NCBI GenBank assembly: GCA_005223125.1
Contig: NJBH01000001.1
Span: 32,001-96,000, forward strand
DNA length: 64,000 nt
Source of the DNA: Promethearchaeota archaeon Loki_b32
Lineage (GTDB): Archaea > Asgardarchaeota > Lokiarchaeia > Sigyniarchaeales > SOKP01
Direction: 5' to 3'
Below are positions 61,005 through 64,000 of this stretch, piece by piece. A program made the position numbers and the translations under genes. The notes beneath the pieces are model-generated. The model saw only the letters and a list, made by a program, of their open reading frames with translations. It was not told the origin of the DNA and made no database searches. Position 1 is the first letter of the stretch; each line of letters begins with the position of its first letter.

Positions 61005-62351
61005 TTATTTAATTTTATATTGGCTTTTCAAGAAATTTATGATATAATCTTTCACTTTATCTCGGTCTGGTAAGCTGGCAACCATTCCATATATCGCCGC
61101 GTCTCCGTCAGATGTTTTTTCTGGATTCTTAACAACTTTTTCAACAGTTTCTTGAAGATCTGTCAAGAAAGTATCAACAATCTTAGCATGGTGAGGATTA
61201 ACCATCATATGTAAAGCATTTGGAAATTGAATTCGATCTAAATGCCAACCCTTCTTATCTAAAACATCTCCTAAATAGTAAACATCAAATTTATCAGATG
61301 TAAAAGAAAAAACGCTCATTACTGGTTTTCCAATAATATAAAGCTCAGGGATTTGATTGATTCCATCAATTAACTTCTTTGTAGCATCCATAACAACTTT
61401 TGCTAAATTTAAGTATCCTTCCATCCCTAGATGTTTCATAGCTGCCCAAGCTGCTGCAATTGCCCCTCCCGGTCTTGTACCTCTCATAGAGGGTGATATA
61501 TAGATACCTCCTGACCATTCTGTATACACTGAAAATTGATGTTTCCATACTCGTTCTTTTCGATATAGTATTGTAGATGCTCCTTTTGCACCATATCCGT
61601 ATTTGTGGACATCTGCCGAAATAGATGTAACACCCGGCACAGAAAAATCAAAATCGGGCACATTATACCCAAGTTTCTTAACAAACGGTAGCATAAATCC
61701 TCCAAGACATGCATCAACATGTAATCCAACGCCATGATCTTGAGTTATAGCTCCTAATTCAGAGATAGGATCGACAACCCCTCTTGGGAAGTCACAAGCC
61801 GAACCAACGAGGAAAATTGTATTTTCAGTAATAGCATTTTCCATAGCTCGTATGTCTGCTCGATGGGTGTCTTTATTTACTGGTACTCGTACCGACTTTA
61901 CATTGAAATAATCCGCTCCTTTCTCAAATGCTGGATGAGCTGAGCTAGGTAAAACCATCTCAGGTTCTTTAATGCGGGGAAGTTTTTCCTTTGCCCAATC
62001 TCTATAAGTTTTTATAGCCATTATGATGCTCTCGGTTCCACCAGATGTCATACTTCCACAACATCTTTTATCTCCGTTAAATAAGTCAACAGCCATAGAT
62101 ACAACTTCGGTTTCAAACTTCTTCAAACTAGGGAAAGCAATTGGACTTAAAGCATTCTTAGAAAAAAACATAGTATAAGCTTCTTTGAGCATTTCAGTAT
62201 GTGAGTCTGTCGCATGATAAACAAGACTCCATACTTTTCCATCTCGCCAATTTATATCGTCTTTACGTATTTCTTCCATATCTTTCAATACATTAGATTC
62301 AGGAATACTATTTTCCGGTAAAACTACTTTTGGTCTAGCCATTTTTATCAC
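61005..62351 (-). CDS. PLP-dependent sphingosine-1-phosphate lyase-like enzyme
   Basis: TSGGTES; HVDACLGGF; ADVHKYGYGAKG; WSGGIYISPSMRGTRPG. Confidence 0.85.
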   Translation of the reverse strand: MIKMARPKVVLPENSIPESNVLKDMEEIRKDDINWRDGKVWSLVYHATDSHTEMLKEAYTMFFSKNALSPIAFPSLKKFETEVVSMAVDLFNGDKRCCGSMTSGGTESIIMAIKTYRDWAKEKLPRIKEPEMVLPSSAHPAFEKGADYFNVKSVRVPVNKDTHRADIRAMENAITENTIFLVGSACDFPRGVVDPISELGAITQDHGVGLHVDACLGGFMLPFVKKLGYNVPDFDFSVPGVTSISADVHKYGYGAKGASTILYRKERVWKHQFSVYTEWSGGIYISPSMRGTRPGGAIAAAWAAMKHLGMEGYLNLAKVVMDATKKLIDGINQIPELYIIGKPVMSVFSFTSDKFDVYYLGDVLDKKGWHLDRIQFPNALHMMVNPHHAKIVDTFLTDLQETVEKVVKNPEKTSDGDAAIYGMVASLPDRDKVKDYIINFLKSQYKIK

Positions 62352-62406
62352 AAAAAAGTTGAAATTATGTTTTATTATTTTAATTAATTGTTAAATAATA
62401 ACTATA

Positions 62407-63570
62407 CTAGCCCTTAAGTGATTGTAATGGATAAACTCCATTTGTATGTGCTGCTTCAATCATCCATTTTAATCGTTCAGGTGATATATCTGGATGAAAA
62501 TTGGCGGGAGATATCATAAATCCTCCCCCATGACCCATAGCAGAGATTGCATCTTTAACTGATTGTTCTACCTCTGTTTTTGATGCAGCTACTAAGATAT
62601 GTTTAGTATCAATATTACCAAATAAGCAGAGTTTATCACCCACTTTCTTTTTCACATAAATAGGGTCGACAAGAGGGGGCTCTAGGCACTGAAGTCCATC
62701 GAACCCCGAATTTACTATGAAATCTAGAAGAGAGGTTATATCTCCATCGGTATGCAGGATGTATTTGCCACCCCAGTCATGTATTTGTTCTGAAACTTCT
62801 TGAAAACAAGGAAGAAGGTACTTATCAAAATATTTTGGATTAATCATAGGTCCTCCTTTATGAGCAATATCTCCACCTTCAAGAAATATTTTTGCTCCAC
62901 AATCGGCATATGCTTTAAAAACCGTCAATGTGAAATCGGTACAAAATCGAAAACGTTCTTCAATTAATTTAGGATCATTTTTTAAAGCTCGTGCAAAATA
63001 AGCCATGCCCATTCCCTGCCAGACGGGTGGAAAGACGGATGTAAGGGCGTTTTGAGCAAAAATACAAATCTCATCCTTGATATCACGACATTTCCTAAAA
63101 ACCCCTTTATAAAATTTTTTAGCTCTTCTATATTCTTCTTTTAAATCTGGTTTAGGATATGCTTCCCAATCTTCTCTGTTTTTAATATATCCACCATAAT
63201 AATCAGGATATGGATTTCCATCAATATTTCTTACTTTATGTCTCTTCCCGAATATATCTGTCATCTCAGTTTGACTTTCAAGGATAAATGGAATATATTG
63301 GACACCTACACCATCAAAACCTAATTTATGACCCGCCCGGACTGCTTTTGCAAAGACCGATATTTCAATATCATCTAAGATTTGATTAATCTTTTCAACC
63401 CAATCATCAGGATATTTTTGTTCCATCTCATTAAAAACATCAAACGCTGTTTTCTCTGGTTTTCCTAAAATCTTATCTGCAACATTTCCATCGATATTTA
63501 TCGTATGAGTAGGAATTCTGTCTGGCTCTTCAAGATTTAATGCGGACCATATTCTTTCAAAACTATTCAT
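62407..63570 (-). CDS. Uroporphyrinogen decarboxylase / MtaA-CmuA family protein
   Basis: EPDRIP; GDIAHK; HTDG; LCLFGNID; GGGFMIS. Confidence 0.88.
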   Translation of the reverse strand: MNSFERIWSALNLEEPDRIPTHTINIDGNVADKILGKPEKTAFDVFNEMEQKYPDDWVEKINQILDDIEISVFAKAVRAGHKLGFDGVGVQYIPFILESQTEMTDIFGKRHKVRNIDGNPYPDYYGGYIKNREDWEAYPKPDLKEEYRRAKKFYKGVFRKCRDIKDEICIFAQNALTSVFPPVWQGMGMAYFARALKNDPKLIEERFRFCTDFTLTVFKAYADCGAKIFLEGGDIAHKGGPMINPKYFDKYLLPCFQEVSEQIHDWGGKYILHTDGDITSLLDFIVNSGFDGLQCLEPPLVDPIYVKKKVGDKLCLFGNIDTKHILVAASKTEVEQSVKDAISAMGHGGGFMISPANFHPDISPERLKWMIEAAHTNGVYPLQSLKG

Positions 63571-63624
63571 AATTAATTCTTTGTGGAAATATTAAAAATT
63601 ATAATTAAGTATAGAATTTAGGTA

Positions 63625-64000
63625 TTAATCATTCATTTGATATGCGTCTTTTAATGTGTATACGATGTTCCAGACTTTATTAAATCTCTCCTGATCCACA
63701 TTAGGTTTTTTAATCATCTTTAAGCACCATTCCATCTGCTCAGGTGTAGTGCTAGATTTATGATATAAATTTAATGCATATTTAGAGAAATCTCTTATGA
63801 GAAAGTCGAATATATGATCGATAGTATCATTATCAAGATCGTAGATGTGAGCATTCTCAATGATAAGATGAGAATAAACTACGAGAGCAAAGATTTGACC
63901 AATTCCAGAGAGCATAAAATCCATATCCTTTTGTTGTTCTGGACTGGGAGTTGCTTTTATTCCAAAAAGGTTGAATAGTTTAATTTGTTCCAAGAAAATT
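63625..64000 (-). CDS. Acyl-CoA dehydrogenase-like protein, C-terminal part (runs off window)
   Basis: QQKDMDFMLSGIGQIFALVVY...FDFLIRDFSKYALNL...AYQMND. Confidence 0.7.
   Translation of the reverse strand, partial: IFLEQIKLFNLFGIKATPSPEQQKDMDFMLSGIGQIFALVVYSHLIIENAHIYDLDNDTIDHIFDFLIRDFSKYALNLYHKSSTTPEQMEWCLKMIKKPNVDQERFNKVWNIVYTLKDAYQMND

Noticed and set aside
571-61735. Short antisense or nested ORFs (e.g. 3498..3743, 45222..45524, 46116..46553, 60008..60334)
   Set aside because: Shadows of well-supported genes, with no motifs of their own

Overview
Very AT-rich archaeal DNA. The gene content points to an Asgard archaeon of the Lokiarchaeia type (inference): a Rab-like small GTPase, roadblock/LC7 and longin-like proteins, an archaeosortase with I[PS]G[YF]-TM-basic tailed surface proteins, and many VapBC pairs. 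Bases 1-11 kb are the end of a surface-glycan locus (wecB, flippase, AsnB-like amidotransferase, methyltransferase, two GT4 enzymes). That locus contains an 876-bp element (2980-3855) with 22-bp terminal inverted repeats, an 8-bp target-site duplication and one non-DDE, PD-(D/E)XK-like ORF; this is the best candidate here for an undescribed mobile element. A DDE IS with 65-bp inverted ends follows. Bases 13-33 kb are a mosaic accessory region: four VapBC modules, gene remnants, and several diverged gene-end duplications that bracket single cargo genes (mgsA, hxlA, a TA pair). Bases 33-43 kb encode cell-surface proteins, including a CxC-repeat protein and two large sortase substrates that each carry one in-frame TAA. 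Bases 43-64 kb encode lipid, redox and signalling genes (acyl-CoA ligase, FixC/GGR-ferredoxin fusion, msrA/msrB, PAS, CWH43-like, MCP, S1P-lyase-like). Several genes appear to start at ATT, ATA or ACG. I recognised no rRNA, tRNA or CRISPR array. All calls come from reading the sequence; no searches were run.
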